Part shown: in pieces, positions 13,501 to 28,892 of the stretch
Layout of the letters: each line of letters starts with the position of its first letter
How positions within the stretch are numbered: position 1 is the stretch's first letter
Assembly (NCBI GenBank): GCA_951406725.2
Contig: OX597828.1
Span: 71,858,001-71,922,000 of the forward strand
Reading direction: 5' to 3'
Source of the DNA: Octopus vulgaris
Lineage: Eukaryota
DNA: 64,000 nucleotides
Translations under genes and position numbers: made by a program
The notes under the pieces: model-generated
The model's input: the letters and a program-made list of their open reading frames with translations, nothing else
The model's database searches: none
What the model was told of the DNA's origin: nothing

Positions 13501-14069
13501 GTTCTCGATGGAATCTTTTCCTGTTTGGGCGGTAACGAGAACCGCAGTAGGCACCTTCTCTTGGCGGCGATGCGTCCCTCTGCCATCTTATGTCCAATGT
13601 CTACCTCACTTCCGTTTTTACAACCGCTCCCTAAGCAGTCTTCTTATTATCGTTGTCGATCTGAATGGATTACACTGAACTTGCTGCAAAGGCGGAGAGC
13701 TGGCAGAAACGTTAGCACGCCGGGCGAAATGCTTAGCGGTATTCCGTCTGCGTTACGTTGTGAGTTCAAATTCCGCCGAGGACGACTTTGCCTTTCATCC
13801 TCTCGGGGTCGATAAATTAAGTACCAGTTTCGCACTGGGTCGATGTAATCGACTTAATCCCTTTGTTTGTCCCCTTTATGTTTAGCCCCTTGTGGGTAGT
13901 AAACACTGAACTTGCTGTGTCAAATATCTTTATCCCCTCCCAAGTTGATCTTCCTTTCCTTTTCCCTTTATTTATTTTTCCTCTCTCTTCTTTCTCTCTT
14001 ATACTTTTTTTTTCTGTCAATGCCGGGGTAGTGAGGAGAGTTGAGCGCCCATCACTTATGAAATGCCCC

Positions 14070-14790
14070 AATGGCCTGCGCAACACCGATCCCCTGTCAG
14101 TCAAACCTGGCTGTAATCCAGCCACTGCTAGCCATGCTACAAGACATAAGTGGAGTAAACAAGTAAACATGATGGTAATGGAGTGTTACTACCGGAGTAC
14201 CCCAGTGGATGCGAATGGCGTGCCTTTCTGAGGACACAGAAAACGAATGCACAGTGAATGGAAGGCAATGGATCTGTTTGAAATTACTAAACAGAGATTA
14301 TGTGACCAAGAAAAAGCAACACGAAAGAATGGATGGTTAACAGAATTGGAGCTAGAAGCTATTAAAAGAAGGATATCGGATAATGCTGGGCCTGCAAAAT
14401 ACGGAAGTAGTATGGTGGAAGAGATGGACGATTGTTCGCAAGGATATATAATCCCGTGAATTGTGAAAGAACTGAGATCAGTGACTACTCAAACAATGAA
14501 GATCGATTAATAATAAACAGGATTTTGGCTCTTTTATATACAGAAGGGACAGAGTTTATGTGCAACTTTAAGAAGGCTAACCAATGGAGAGTAAACCAAG
14601 AGACGAGTAAAGTAAAAAATGAGAGACATTGAAACAAAGAACATCACAAAGAAATAACCTTATCCAGGTTGCAAGCAGAATTGTGGCGGAAAGGATGGGA
14701 TTGAGAACTGTTGAGAACAGAACAGCGACCCCGAAAGGATGAATGACAAAGTCGACATTGGCGATATTTGAACTCAGAACATAAAAAAAG
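14070..14790 (+). mobile_element. Dong/R4-like LINE N-terminal fragment (pseudogenised)
   Basis: RHKWSKQVNMMVMECYY...RKRMHSEW...QRLCDQ...[17 protein letters not shown] motif, with stops and frameshifts. Confidence 0.65.
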
Positions 14791-15499
14791 TGGGAGAAAA
14801 TGCCGCTTAACATTTTGTCCGACGCACTAATTCTGCCAGCTCACCACTTTCTTTACTGGTCACACGGACCGAAAAAACTACCCCCAGCATTTAGGATAAT
14901 ATAAAGAAAAATATGTTTATAAACACTTATAAATAGTAACAATTATGAAAATTGCCTGCAAAATGTTTTCCTTTGGAGGGAAACGCCATCCTAAAGCAAC
15001 CAAGGGACACCACCGACCCAATGGCATCCTCTTCCAGTCATTTGTTTAAGATACTCACTTCACTGTTTATTCACTAAAAACCTTTGCGTGAAGTGGGCCG
15101 CATGAGACATGACTCATCATCAGGCGTACTACTAAAAAAATTCAAGGTAAATTTTTGTTGGCATGCCATTCGGGCCGCAGTTTGCTTATGACTGACCTAA
15201 GATCTGATAATCATGGTTAAACATGATCCTTGTAACTACATAGGAAAGTATAAGACATGTGACCAGATCATACTCGCTTGCGCGTGACGGCTGTCTTTGG
15301 TTTTTGGTTTGTAGTCATTAGCATCTTCGTAAGTTAATAAAGTGTTATTTCCGTTACACGCGTAAACAATACTAGAATCTTCGAAGATCTGCAAAAAATC
15401 TAAGTTATGATGTATTATGTTTATATGGCCGTGTGGTTAAGAACGTGGTTACGTCACAACCACGTGGTTTTGGGTTTGATTCCGAAACATGTATACATT

Positions 15500-15533
<34 letters not shown>

Positions 15534-15711
15534 CACGCATCCACGCATGCACGCACACTCACATACATGTGTGTGTGTGTAAACGACGGGCTTCTTTCAG
15601 TTTCCGCCAACCATATTCACTTACGAGGCGTTGATAACCCCGGGGCTATAGTAGAAAATATTTGCCCATGTTGCCACGCATTTGGACTGAACCAAGAACC
15701 ATGCAGTTGGA

Positions 15712-16382
<671 letters not shown>

Positions 16383-17593
16383 CCGGTGTCGGAGGAAATA
16401 TATTCTTGTCCTCTTCACGTCTATATTTCCTGTAAAAAAATCAGACGGAGCTGAAAAAAAGCCACCATGAAGTTAGCATGGAAACAAATATTTTGGTGTT
16501 GGCTGTTTTGTTATTTTTGTCAGAAAACTATTTCTTTTATCTCGGCGGGCGTTTATAAAAGTGGCACCAAGTTACACTTCTCCACACAGACGCCGCTGCT
16601 AATCTCCACCGCTACGATTCCTACGATTTTTTGCTCGGCTCAAAATACTTTCACCGGAAACTGCCGACAATATTAAAGGTAGATAAGAAAAGAAAATAAG
16701 AAAAAAAAATAATAATAAATGTAAAAAAATGATTTCGGAATCGATTGAAGAAGAAAGTGGATGAAGATTTTTATCAAGAACATCGGTTTTTTGTTTTCCT
16801 TTTATTTTTCAGACGGAATAAATGTTTATTAAAAGTAGCAAAGCTTCGGGTTATCTCAATTAAAAGGTTTTTTGTGTTTATTGACTGACAACAAGATATC
16901 TCCATCGTTAATATACCTAACAAGATGGCGTCCATAATTATTGTGCTTCTCAGATGGTAAAGGTCTATCTAAATGGTTTGTTGCAAATTACAAGATCTCT
17001 ATCAAGAGATAGACAAGTATTTAAGGGTGAAATCTATTGAAGCCGAAACGGTGAAAACAGCTGTTAGACGAATGTATTTTGTATGTTTAGAATTTCGTTT
17101 TAATCTTTACTTTCTCAAGTTCTTAAAGGAAAAAAATATATATATCTTGTTTCTTCTGTTCGTTCTTGAATAATTTGGTTCGTTTTTGAGCATTAACACT
17201 CCAAAGTAGATACAAAATGGTTAGTTTCACAGTTTGGAAGTTGTTGTCAAACAGTATGATTTCTCAATTAGGGTAAAAGACACAAAGGAATTGAGTTAAG
17301 TGTCTTGGCAGCGACGAAAGCTAGTCGCGAGCCAAAAGCGAAAAAAGTTAACGAAATAAATAACAAAAATAAAAATCCGTGCCTCCAAGAAACGTAATAA
17401 CTTTCTTCTCTTTAAGTAGCATCTCACCTCACTGCACCGATTCCAGTCATTCGTCAGACGTCAGACATTAACAACAAAAGATGAATAACAATATCACTCT
17501 AAGCGACAACGCCATTACCAACGTCACCATTTCGCTGTACTTCAAAGTTTTTATGTAAATATTTCCATCGTAATATAAAAAGAAACATACACT

Positions 17594-17672
<79 letters not shown>

Positions 17673-17997
17673 TACACACACATACATACATATATGTGTA
17701 TATAAATACATATACATATATGTGTATGCATATATGTATGTATATATGTATGTATATATATATGTATATATATACATATACATATATATGTATGCATGTT
17801 TGTATGTATGCAGACACACACACGCAAACGCTTGCACACACAAACACATACACACACGCACACAAACAAATGTATATATATGTTTATGTTTTCCAGTTTC
17901 AGCTCTTGAGCTGTGGCCATGCTGGGGCACCGCCATTTGCTGGGGCACCATATATATATGTATAATAAGCAGCAACATTTTGACGTATCTCTTCATA

Positions 17998-18045
<48 letters not shown>

Positions 18046-18086
18046 TAATAATAATAATAATAATAATAATGATGATGATGATGATG

Positions 18087-18153
<67 letters not shown>

Positions 18154-18174
18154 TATTATGATAATAATATTATA

Positions 18175-18231
<57 letters not shown>

Positions 18232-18397
18232 ATGGTGATGATGATTTGGTACAAGTATTCATAAAGGATAATGGGTATTCTCTTTAACTATTTGGGCGGC
18301 CATTATTACCCAAAACCTTTGTTACAGGACAGCAGTCAGTCTCCAGCGTTATAGGGGCCTGTTGATGTCTTCCGTTTTGTGCGCGTGTATATGTATG

Positions 18398-18488
<91 letters not shown>

Positions 18489-18822
18489 TGTTTGCATGTG
18501 TACTCTTGAAAAACAGCAGGAACACAAGACTGAAATTATTTCTCGATTTAAGGAACTGTTAGCGTCCCAGTGAAATTCTTTGCGCTGTGGCCGTGGTGTG
18601 CAGCGATCCACATAGAAACAGGTTCAGCTCCGTCCTTAATCTCATACAATAAATCTTCAGATTATCTACTGTTGACGTGGATGCATAAGTACACACACAT
18701 ACACATATTCATATGCATACAAGTATACATATAAATACATAACTATATATATATACATGCATACATGCGTACATCTGAGCACTTAAATTCTCATACGTAC
18801 ATAAATAATAGTGTACATATAA

Positions 18823-18853
<31 letters not shown>

Positions 18854-18910
18854 CATATATAATAATGTGTGTGTATATATACATATATATGAGTGTACAT
18901 ATAAGATGTA

Positions 18911-18995
<85 letters not shown>

Positions 18996-19079
18996 TGAGA
19001 GAGAGGTTATGAGAGGTAATGGTGTCAATAATGGTGTCAATAAAGACCCAAAGGTGTCAGGTAATGCTGAGTAAGTGCT

Positions 19080-19520
19080 ATGGACAGACTATAGTTAAGC
19101 TCCAGGTGTGGTGATTATGCGAATAAGGAGTCCAACGTAGGTCATATATCAGCATGTGTATATATAAGAAATTTTTTTTCAGAGTGAGATAAGAAACCAA
19201 GGCTGTGAAAGATTTTAGAACATTTATAAATAGGTCTTACAGCTGTTTCCGAGATATTTTATATATCCCTTCATCGGAGACGGTGTGAGAAGATGGTTAA
19301 GAAATAGTTAATTCAGATAAGATATGAAATAGAGAATGAAGTGAAGGAATGAAAATAGGCGTGAGATATGCAGGGATATTGCATTTGCAGATCCATTATT
19401 TAGGCAGAATGATATACATATAAGATTCTAATACCTTGTGGGTAATTTCCAATAGTATTTAAAATTGGTCATTCCAAGTATAGAGTTTCTACACGGTGTT
19501 ATTGAATCGAGGATTTTATT
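19080..19520 (-). mobile_element. Penelope-like element 3' remnant (possible GIY-YIG C-terminus followed by HHR-bearing pseudo-LTR)
   Basis: Decayed KVLESY...CLN-like reading at about 19400-19460 lies upstream of the HHR at 19234-19281; a homologous copy is at 10-235. Confidence 0.5.
19234..19281 (-). ncRNA. Type I hammerhead motif (family C)
   Basis: gtct-CCGATGA-a-gggatat(ataaa)atatctc-g-GAAA-CAGCTG-TA-agac; palindrome ACAGCTGT. Confidence 0.65.
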
Positions 19521-19982
19521 ATTTTTTCTATCGTCTTGGCTCAAAAGCCCTCACCGTTTGTTTTTACTGTCTTGTTCTCACTGTCCTGTTCTTGTTACCA
19601 CTTTCACCCCCGCAAAAAATCTCAAATTCTATTTAATTTGCTTTGCGGGAAGGACTGTTTCAACGAAGTCGTGTATCGTTCTTGCCTTCGATTCGCGGAG
19701 TAGATGAGACAGGGACAACTAATGAAGGGGAATATTCTTTATGTTGCATGCCTCGTTTCTTTGTTTGTTTTTTTCGTTGTTCGAAAAAAAGTTCGTTTTC
19801 TATGTTTTCGTTTTTATGTTTTCTTTTCTCATTGTGCTTAATGTTTTTTCATGTCCTGTACCCATATATGCATGTATATATACATATATATGTAGGTATG
19901 TACATATAAGTATGTATATATGCATATATTTATATATTATTTATATTACACACACACATATATATATATATATATGTATATA

Positions 19983-20016
<34 letters not shown>

Positions 20017-20034
20017 CACGAAAAAAAATAGATG

Positions 20035-20487
20035 GCATGTTAGACCTCCACTACTGGGGTAGACTAGAAAAGCTGAAACTGTATTCACTCCAACGACGCC
20101 GTGAACGCTACATTATCTGTATGATGTGGAAAATATTCCATCAGCACAGTCCAAATAATGTTGGCATCACCTTCAAAATACATCAAAGACTTGGACCCCG
20201 TGCCATTCGCCCACAACAAAAATCTAAATCGCATCTCATAATAACAATAAGGCACAATTATTTCACCTCAACTAGACCCGCTCTCTTCAACATTACACCA
20301 GGACACGTCAAAACAGAAACTGACCACACAAAATTTAAGAAGTCTTTGGACAAATTCCTTCAAACAGTCCCGGACAAACCACCCACACTCGAATATGTCT
20401 CCGCAAACAATAACTCTGCTCGAATGGGCCCAAATTCTTAATTGAAAGACTTCGCCAGGTGGTGCTATTAAGTTAGACGTGTCCTGG
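20035..20487 (+). mobile_element. CR1-like LINE 3' fragment
   Basis: YWGRLEKLKLYSLQRRRERY...FNITP...FKKSLDKFL, typical of a CR1-group ORF2 C-terminus. Confidence 0.8.
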
Positions 20488-20621
20488 GCCAACACACAAG
20501 AGTAAACAAGAGAGACAGAGACAGGCAGAAATAAGGAAAATGTCACTTATATTTGAACATCATACAAATATTCTTTTAAAAAACTTTTTTTTTAATTCTT
20601 CTAAATTTAATTATTCAGTTG

Positions 20622-20663
20622 TTACAGTTGAAAAAGTCTCAATGACTGAAACCGGTTCTGAAA
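20622..20663 (+). ncRNA. Minimal type I hammerhead, U3-A8 core (family A)
   Basis: ttacag-TTGAAAA-agtc(tcaat)gact-GAAA-CCGG-TT-ctgaaa. Confidence 0.68.
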
Positions 20664-20742
20664 TGTTCTTTATAAAATTATTTTAGCATTTTCTATCTCG
20701 ACTTGTTTTTTCATATATATCAACTCGTGTGTTCCTTTTCAT

Positions 20743-20862
<120 letters not shown>

Positions 20863-20863
20863 A

Positions 20864-20908
<45 letters not shown>

Positions 20909-20954
20909 AAACAAGTCAAAAATAGAAAATGCTAAAATAATTTTATAGTGAACA

Positions 20955-20998
20955 TTTCAGTACCGGTTTCGGTCATTTTGAGACCTTTTCAACTGTAA
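20955..20998 (-). ncRNA. Minimal type I hammerhead, U3-A8 core (family A)
   Basis: ttacag-TTGAAAA-ggtc(tcaaaat)gacc-GAAA-CCGG-TA-ctgaaa. Confidence 0.72.
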
Positions 20999-22352
20999 CG
21001 ATTAAATAATTAAATTTAGAAAAATTAGAAGAAAAGTTTTTTTAAAGGAATATTTCTATAGTAGTGTTCAGATATAAGTGGCATTCTGCCTTTCTCTGAC
21101 TCCCTTGTTTGCACTTGTGTGTTGGCGGTACTGAAATGTTCACTATAAAATTATTTTAGCATTTTCTATTTTTGACTTGTTTTTTCATATATATCAACTC
21201 GTGTGTTCCTTTTCATCCTTATACATACATATATATATATATATATATATTAGCTAGGTCTTGAAGAATTAGTTGTGGGTATGACGTTCACATTCTTCCT
21301 GATCTTCGCAGAGTCTCTCAGATCGGTGACGTTGATGGCACTAACGTTCCCTATCTACTGTGTCAGTCGACGGTTGCAGGAAAAGTTTGGATTGAATAGA
21401 GCCAGCGTTCTTGTCAGAAAGAACGCTTGCGTAGCGGTTAAAGTAGAGCCTGGAGGAGGTGGGGTGGGCATTAATGGAACGGGTTGTTCTCCTTGTCCAG
21501 AGCTTCGTATTTCTGGAATTTTCTCACTTTCTATATCTATTCGGTGGTGGTGGTGAATGTGGATTGATGGCAGTGGTTGTGGTGGTGGTGGTGGTGGTGG
21601 TGGTGGTGGTTGTGGTGGTGGTGGTGGTGGTGGTGGTCAAGATGGTCGTGCTAGCAGAACAGCATCAAGAATTAACATAAAAAATTCAGCCCCAGACGGT
21701 GGCCACTTGAGTTACTCTTCTACTCTTTCACCCTTTTTCTTGCTTCAGCCATTTGGCTGCGACCATGCTGGAGTACCACCTTGCAGGGTGTCAATCGAAC
21801 AAATAGACCACAGGACATTTTTTTAAGCCTAGTACTTATTCTATCGAAGCCCTTTTGCCGAACGTCTAAGTTACATGGATGTAAACACACCAACACCAGT
21901 TGTCAAGCAGTGATGAGGAGACAAACACAGACACACAGACACACACACACACACACACACACATACGACGGGTTTCTTTTCAGTTTCCGTCTACCAAATC
22001 CACTCCCAAAGCTTTTTTGTCGGCCTGAGGCTATCGATGAAGACACTTGCCCAAGGCACCATGCGGTGGAACTGAACCCGGAACCATGTGGTTGGAAAGC
22101 AAGCTTTTTACCACACACCAACGCCTGCAATATCCATTGTCTTACATCTAGTTTTGGTAGAGCAACCAAAACACAAACGAAAACAACAGCAGCAACAACA
22201 GCAACAACAACAGCAACAACAACAATAACTGCCGCAGCTTTACCAAGAGCAACAACTACATCTGCTACCACCAGAACACCTTCCACGGTGGGCAACCACC
22301 ACCATCTGAAACCTTCATCCCTTACTACCAACATCAGCAATAACTGCAACAA

Positions 22353-22402
<50 letters not shown>

Positions 22403-23323
22403 CACCACCACTATTACTACTACTGTTGCTACTAAATAGGAAGTATCTAACCCCAACGCTTCTGCGTCGCCCAGCTTTCTTCTTCTTTGGCCACAACTCA
22501 TACCACATGTGAAGGGAAACAGAGAGGGTCGGCATTGATGTTAGCCTCCTCTTCACTTCAGATCAGCTATCGGGTTACTTAAAGGCATTGATGGCTGGTA
22601 ATGGAGATCGTCTGGAGAAACGGGTGGGCTGGACGGGTGGACGAGAGGTGATGGGTGTGAAAGGCAGCGTTGGTGGGGGTAGGGTGGGGTCGTGGAGAAG
22701 GTGACGTAGACGGTGACGGTGGAGGCAGAGGCGGCGCTTGTTGTGGGGTGGGGGAGGCGCGGCGTGGTGTCAACGGGGCTTGTGGTAGGGGCGATGATGG
22801 TGGCGAGGTAGATTCCACCACACAGGACACCGAAGTTTGACTGGTTCTTCAAGTGCTGGCCAGGAGTGAAAGGAGGAGGAAGGGGAGGAGAAGAAAGAAG
22901 AAGAAAGAAGAAAAAGAAGACGACGAACGAGAGCGGAGGTAACGGCGTGGAAGGAGAAGGAAGAGACAAGTGCAATGCCAGATGTCGTGTGTGTGTGTGT
23001 GTGTGTGTGAGTGTGTGTGTGTACAGGTGACCAACCACTCCGTGGCTTATAACGGCATCTCATTCCTACCCGGTTTTGTTGGGGGTGAATAAATATTCCG
23101 GGAAGTTTTAAAGCTACGTATGTAGGGTGTGTATGTATGAGTGTGTGTGTGTGTGTGTGTCTGTACACGCACACACACACACACATTCATATACATATAC
23201 ATATACATGCATGTGCATATGCATACATACATATATATATATTTATATATACATACACACAGGAATACATACATACGAACATATGTAAATGTTAACACAT
23301 GTATAGTGTTAAAATGTGAGTTG

Positions 23324-23364
<41 letters not shown>

Positions 23365-23724
23365 TGTGTATGTCTTTGTGTTTATCTCCCATCACCGCTT
23401 GACAACCAGTGTTGGTATATTTATGTGTGTGCATGTCTGTTTGTTTGTGTGTCTGTGTTTGACCCCCACCAAAATCGCTTGACAACCGATGCTGGTGTGT
23501 TTACGTCCCCGTAACTTAGCGTTTCGGCAAAAGAATAAAAGACAGGCTTCTTTCAGCTTCCGTCTACCATATTCACTCAGAAGGCTTTGGTCGGCCCGAT
23601 GCTGTAGTAGAAGACACTTGTCCAGTGTGTCATATAGTGGGACTGAACCCGGAACCATGTGATTGAGAAGCAAACGTCTTACAACAGGTTTATATATATA
23701 TAAATGTATATATGTATGTATATG

Positions 23725-23814
<90 letters not shown>

Positions 23815-24882
23815 TATATATAACCGAAACAGCTTGAATCAAATTCGTTGGTACTCCGAGTTTCAAGTGTGATGCTAGCTTTCAGTCATTTTGAATTTGA
23901 ATGAAAGAAGTTGATTTTTATTACCGTAAGGTGGGCTGCGATTGGTCGAGGAAGGTCACGTAGTGTCGTGGTTAGATGTTGGTATATATCAGGTACAACA
24001 GTTAGTTGGAAAATACTGCATGGGGAACAGGAAAGCAGCCGCGTGGTGGACGGGAAATCGGTTTGTTTGTTGGAGGGGAAATAGGCGGTGTGTGGAAGTA
24101 TATATTTGTATATGTGGATGTACACACACACTCACACACATGCATATACACACACATATGGTTTTGTTATGAGGATTCTTAAGAATCAAGGCACAACGAC
24201 CCATAGGACGCCAGAAATGGCTAGATACGACAGAGCTGAATTTGACATAAACAATATGGAAGGCTTCAACTTTTGACAGGATATCGTAAATATGCAGGTA
24301 CCAAATTCGACTCTGAGGTGGATCCTTGGCGTAGCGTAGGTGTAAAGGGTAAACATAAATGGCGTTTAAAATTTGCGACGGTTGGTTTGGTTGAGTTTTA
24401 TTCAATGCAGTCATAAAAGTGTACATCATAATATAGAATCCACCATCATCAGGTAAAATTTTAAACAAGTAGGATTTTGCCTGATGATCGTGGATTGTTC
24501 TATATTACGTTGTAATATTTTACCACTGCACTAAATACAATTCTACTGAAACCGGTGTCATAGATTTTGAATACTATTAGTGTTTTCTCTTTATATATAC
24601 ATGCATACATACATACACACACAAACACACGCACGTATGTATATATAAGTTAGAGACAAGTGTTCTGTATATAGAATACACTTCGAAGAGCTCAGGAGAT
24701 TTGAACTTGAGCAGGTGGAGGAGTAAATCTAATGACAAGCAAGTTAGCCAAGTCGATTTACACAGAATATTAAATAAATATGATGAGAGAAAATGTACGT
24801 GTGTATCGATATAAAATAGTCCGACTTTACACAGAATTTTACATTTGAGGAGGTTGACAGGATGACGTTTAAGTAAAATTCT

Positions 24883-24972
24883 CCCCTGAAGAAGGAGGCA
24901 GTGTTATCCGGTAATGGAACCAAGTAACTATTATTATTCATGAGCACCAAGCCCCCAGAAACAGCTGTTGGA
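24883..24972 (+). ncRNA. Degenerate hammerhead motif with long stem II (family C-like)
   Basis: cc-CTGAAGA-aggaggc...gccccca-GAAA-CAGCTG-TT-gg; weak stem I. Confidence 0.45.
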
Positions 24973-25372
24973 CTCGTAAACCCATTTAACTCCTGATATC
25001 ATTTATATTCTGTGTAAGTCGCACTATTTTTTATCCATAGACATGTACATTTTTTGTATTTAGGACACTGTGTAAATCCCGCCGAGTCGACTTTGCCTTT
25101 CATCCTTTCGGGATCGATAAATTAAGTACTACTTGCATACTGGGGTCGATCTAATTGACTGCCTCCCCACCCCCGAGAATTTCGGGTCTTGTGCCTAGAG
25201 TAGAAAAGAATATTCTGTGGTGTGTATCGACTGGCCTTTCTTGTCCTTACACATAATCCTCTACACATATACATATATATACATACATACATACATACAT
25301 ACATACATACATACATACATACATACATACATACATACATACATAAATACATACATACATACATACATACAC

Positions 25373-25469
<97 letters not shown>

Positions 25470-25950
25470 AATGTGTGCGTTTTTTGGTATAATAGATAAT
25501 TGGCACTTCGGCTGAACAAACTTCAATAAAGATACTGCATAGATAACAGCCAATTTATGTTACCGAACGGTCACATGATAATGAGAAATAAATTAAACAA
25601 TACTTTGGCTCTCAGCCATGACCGGTGATTGCGGATTTACTCCTCCACATCCGGAAAGTAAACTGACCTCTTTGAGACTAAATTTATATTATGTAAATCT
25701 TTATATGTATACATGTGTATGTATGCGTGTGCGTGTGTATTGATGTATACACATATTCTAATTTAAAGCGTTACTCCAGCATGGCCGCAGTCAAATGACT
25801 GAAACAAAAGAATAAAAGAATAAAAGAATATATATATATACACACAAACACATGCACACACATACACATATATACAAATATGCAGATACATATATTTACA
25901 TATATGTATGTGTGTGTATATACATGTATGTGTATATATGTTTGTACACA

Positions 25951-26000
<50 letters not shown>

Positions 26001-26839
26001 ACACCACACACATATATAATAAAACTGTATGTTTTATTAGATTATAAGTCAAAGCCGATACCAAAGGGATTTCAGCGCAGAAGGCAAAAAGACGAAACTT
26101 AATCCAGTTAATCCTATAATCCAACAACTATTACAGTTCTTGCTTTTCTACGTCGCCCTTTTTATTTTTTCATCTTATTTTGTTAAGAACACAGTTTAGA
26201 AGAGAATTGATTAAGAAACCATCGAGAACCCCCTCAAGCCCTTTATCCCCCCCTTCCGGCACTCTGCAATATTCGCAGAATACTTAATAACATTGCGTAA
26301 TTAACTATGTAAGTTCATGCGAGTGTGTGTGTGTATGGGTGGGGGTCTAGTGTGTCTGCGTTTCATTAAAAAATACTTTTCAGATTAAAGTCCGTTTTGG
26401 ATAGATATTGCCGGTGTCAAAGTGACCCGTTGTTACAAAACCGAAAATTGAAGAATGAAGAATAAGAAAGGGGATGGGGTGGGTGGGAAACAAAGAATGT
26501 TCCTTTCGATTCTGTAGAAACGTTTTTTAGTGATCTCACTATGAAGTTATTTGATACGAGACTGTTTTTAATGTTCCACGCGCCAAAACTAAATTCTTGA
26601 TTTCTCCATTAAGTAATAACAATGTTATCTATAATGAGTGTCTGAAAACTGGAAAGACAATCCTGTTAATGAGAAACAAAGGTGGGGGATCTTGGATGCA
26701 AGGACTGATACAAAACAACCCCGAATCAAACATAATTACTCTGAGTCGTTGTATGAGAAAATATGAGAATGGAAAGACTTGGACATTGGCATTAAGTCAT
26801 CGTATCGTCTCGTTAAAACCCATCTTTATGAGTTATGTT

Positions 26840-27390
26840 CTGACAGTCCTTAAGAATTTGTGTTTCCACTGTCCTTAAGAATTTATTTGTTTCCACGGCC
26901 CCTCAGAATTTGCTGGTGTTTTCACTGCTCTTAACAATTTGTGTTCCCACTACCCTGCGAATTTGTGTTTCTACACATCTTAAGAATTTATTTGTCTCTC
27001 CACAGCCTCTCAGAATTTGCCTATGTTTTTACTGTCCTTTAGAATTTGCGTTTCAACCGGCCTTAAGAGTTTATTTGTGTCTCTACAGCCCTTCGGAATT
27101 TGCTTATGTTTCCACAGCTCTTAAGAATCTGTTTCCACGGCCCTTAAATATTTGCTTATGTTTTCACAGGCCTTTAGAATTTATGCTTCCACTGCCATTT
27201 ATGATGTGTTTCTTTTCACGGCCCTTAAGCTTTTATGTTTCCACAGTCCTTAACCCTTTGTTTGTTTCCACAGCCCTGAAGAATTTGTCTTTCCACTGCC
27301 CTTAAAAATTTATACTTCTACAGCCCCTAAGAATTTGCTTATGCTTCCACTGCTCTTAAGTATTTGTCTTCCCACAGCCCTTAAGGATTT
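26840..27390 (+). repeat. Degenerate minisatellite, 26-30 bp unit
   Basis: Recurrent ttccac(a/t/g)gcccttaagaattt(g/a)... Confidence 0.85.
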
Positions 27391-28818
27391 CTCCCCTCAG
27401 ACCAATAATATCCTTTTTCAATATCATTAAAATGTTGCTGATATTTAATTCTCAGTCAACTCTAGCCAAATAAAACTACAATCAAATGTATTCTCAGTTT
27501 TAGAGGGCCTTCAAGGGTGATGGTCACTATCACTTCTTCCAAACTATAAAAAAAAAGAAGAAAAAAATTTATCTGTGACCCCACTTCTTTTCCTTTAGTG
27601 GCATGTAAAGTCATATTATCCAATGTGTCCTCTTCTACGACGAGAGGAAATGATGTAAATGAATTTGGCTGTTATTTCTAGCAGATTCAGTGACAGTGTA
27701 GAGTAGGCATGGACAACTTTTTTCAAGAAGCGGGCCGCATGAGGCATGGTTCATTGTAAAGCGAGCCGCATTACTAAAAATATTCAAGGTAAATTTACAT
27801 GAGGGCCGCACATCCCTCTTAACTCTCACCTTCCTTTTCAAATGGAATTTTAAAAAGACGATGGGGGCTTGGCCGAATGGGTAAGTAGTTGTCTTGAGTC
27901 TTTTTCAGTCTCATCCCCAACACAACCTCTTTCACCATCATAATCACCAGACAGGGGGAAACTGTCTTTCCTTCCCGACCAAAAGAAGACGGTGGGATCC
28001 GTCATAACGCGATAGCAGCTGTTCGACATGTGATTTCAAATTTTGGCACAAGGCCAGTAGTTTCAAGAGAGGGAGCAAGTCGATTACATCGATCCCGGAA
28101 CGCAACTGGTACTTAATTTATCGGCCCCGAAAGGATGAAAAGTAAAGTAGACCTCGGCGGAATTTGAATTCAGAACATAAAGATGGGCGAAATGCCGCTA
28201 AGCATTTTGTCCGGCGCGCTTCACATTCTACCACCTAGCCCACTTAACAATAATTGGTTTTAACTTTTGGCACAAGGCCAACAGTTTCGAAGTAATGGGG
28301 TAAGTCCCCAGTTTTCAGCTGGTACTTATTTTATCGTCCCCGAAAGGGAGAAAAGGAAAGTTTACCTTGGCGGAATTTGAAACTAGATCGTAAAGAACCG
28401 ACAAAAATGCCGCTTAACATTTTGTTTGGCGAGCTAAAGAGTCTGCCTGCTTGCTATACGGTTTCTGATTTAGGAACAAGACCAGTAGTTTTTAGGGCAT
28501 GGATTAATCTGCACCATCGACCTCAATATTTAACTGTACTAATTGGTCCCTAAAGGATGAAAGACAAAGCTGACCCCAACAATATCTGAATTGAATGTAC
28601 AAAATGTAGGAACTAACATCGCAAGATGTATTCGTTCATCTTTGGGTTGTTTTAGTCATTAGACTGCGGCCATGCTGGAGCACCACCTTTAAGAGTGATT
28701 AATCAAATGAAACGACTCCAGTACTTTTTTAAAACGTGGTACTTATTCTGTCGGTCTCTTTTGTCTTTACTGCCAAGTTACGGGGATGTAAATGCACCAA
28801 TACCGGTTGTCAAGTGAT

Positions 28819-28892
<74 letters not shown>

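Noticed and set aside
17030-17070. gccg(aaa)cggt-GAAA-ACAGCTGT HHR-like fragment
   Set aside because: Core CTATTGA is doubly mutated and stem I is inconsistent; at most a decayed relic.
21903-22556. 217-aa minus-strand ORF as an upstream Alx exon
   Set aside because: It is poly-Val/Ser from trinucleotide repeats and runs into a SINE; the donor phase does not match the phase-1 acceptor.
23848-23890. Minus-strand CTGAAAG...GAAACTCGGAGTA
   Set aside because: G8 and A9 are both wrong, and stems I and II are weak.
26840-27390. CRISPR-like periodicity
   Set aside because: No unique spacers, degenerate units, eukaryotic context and no cas genes.
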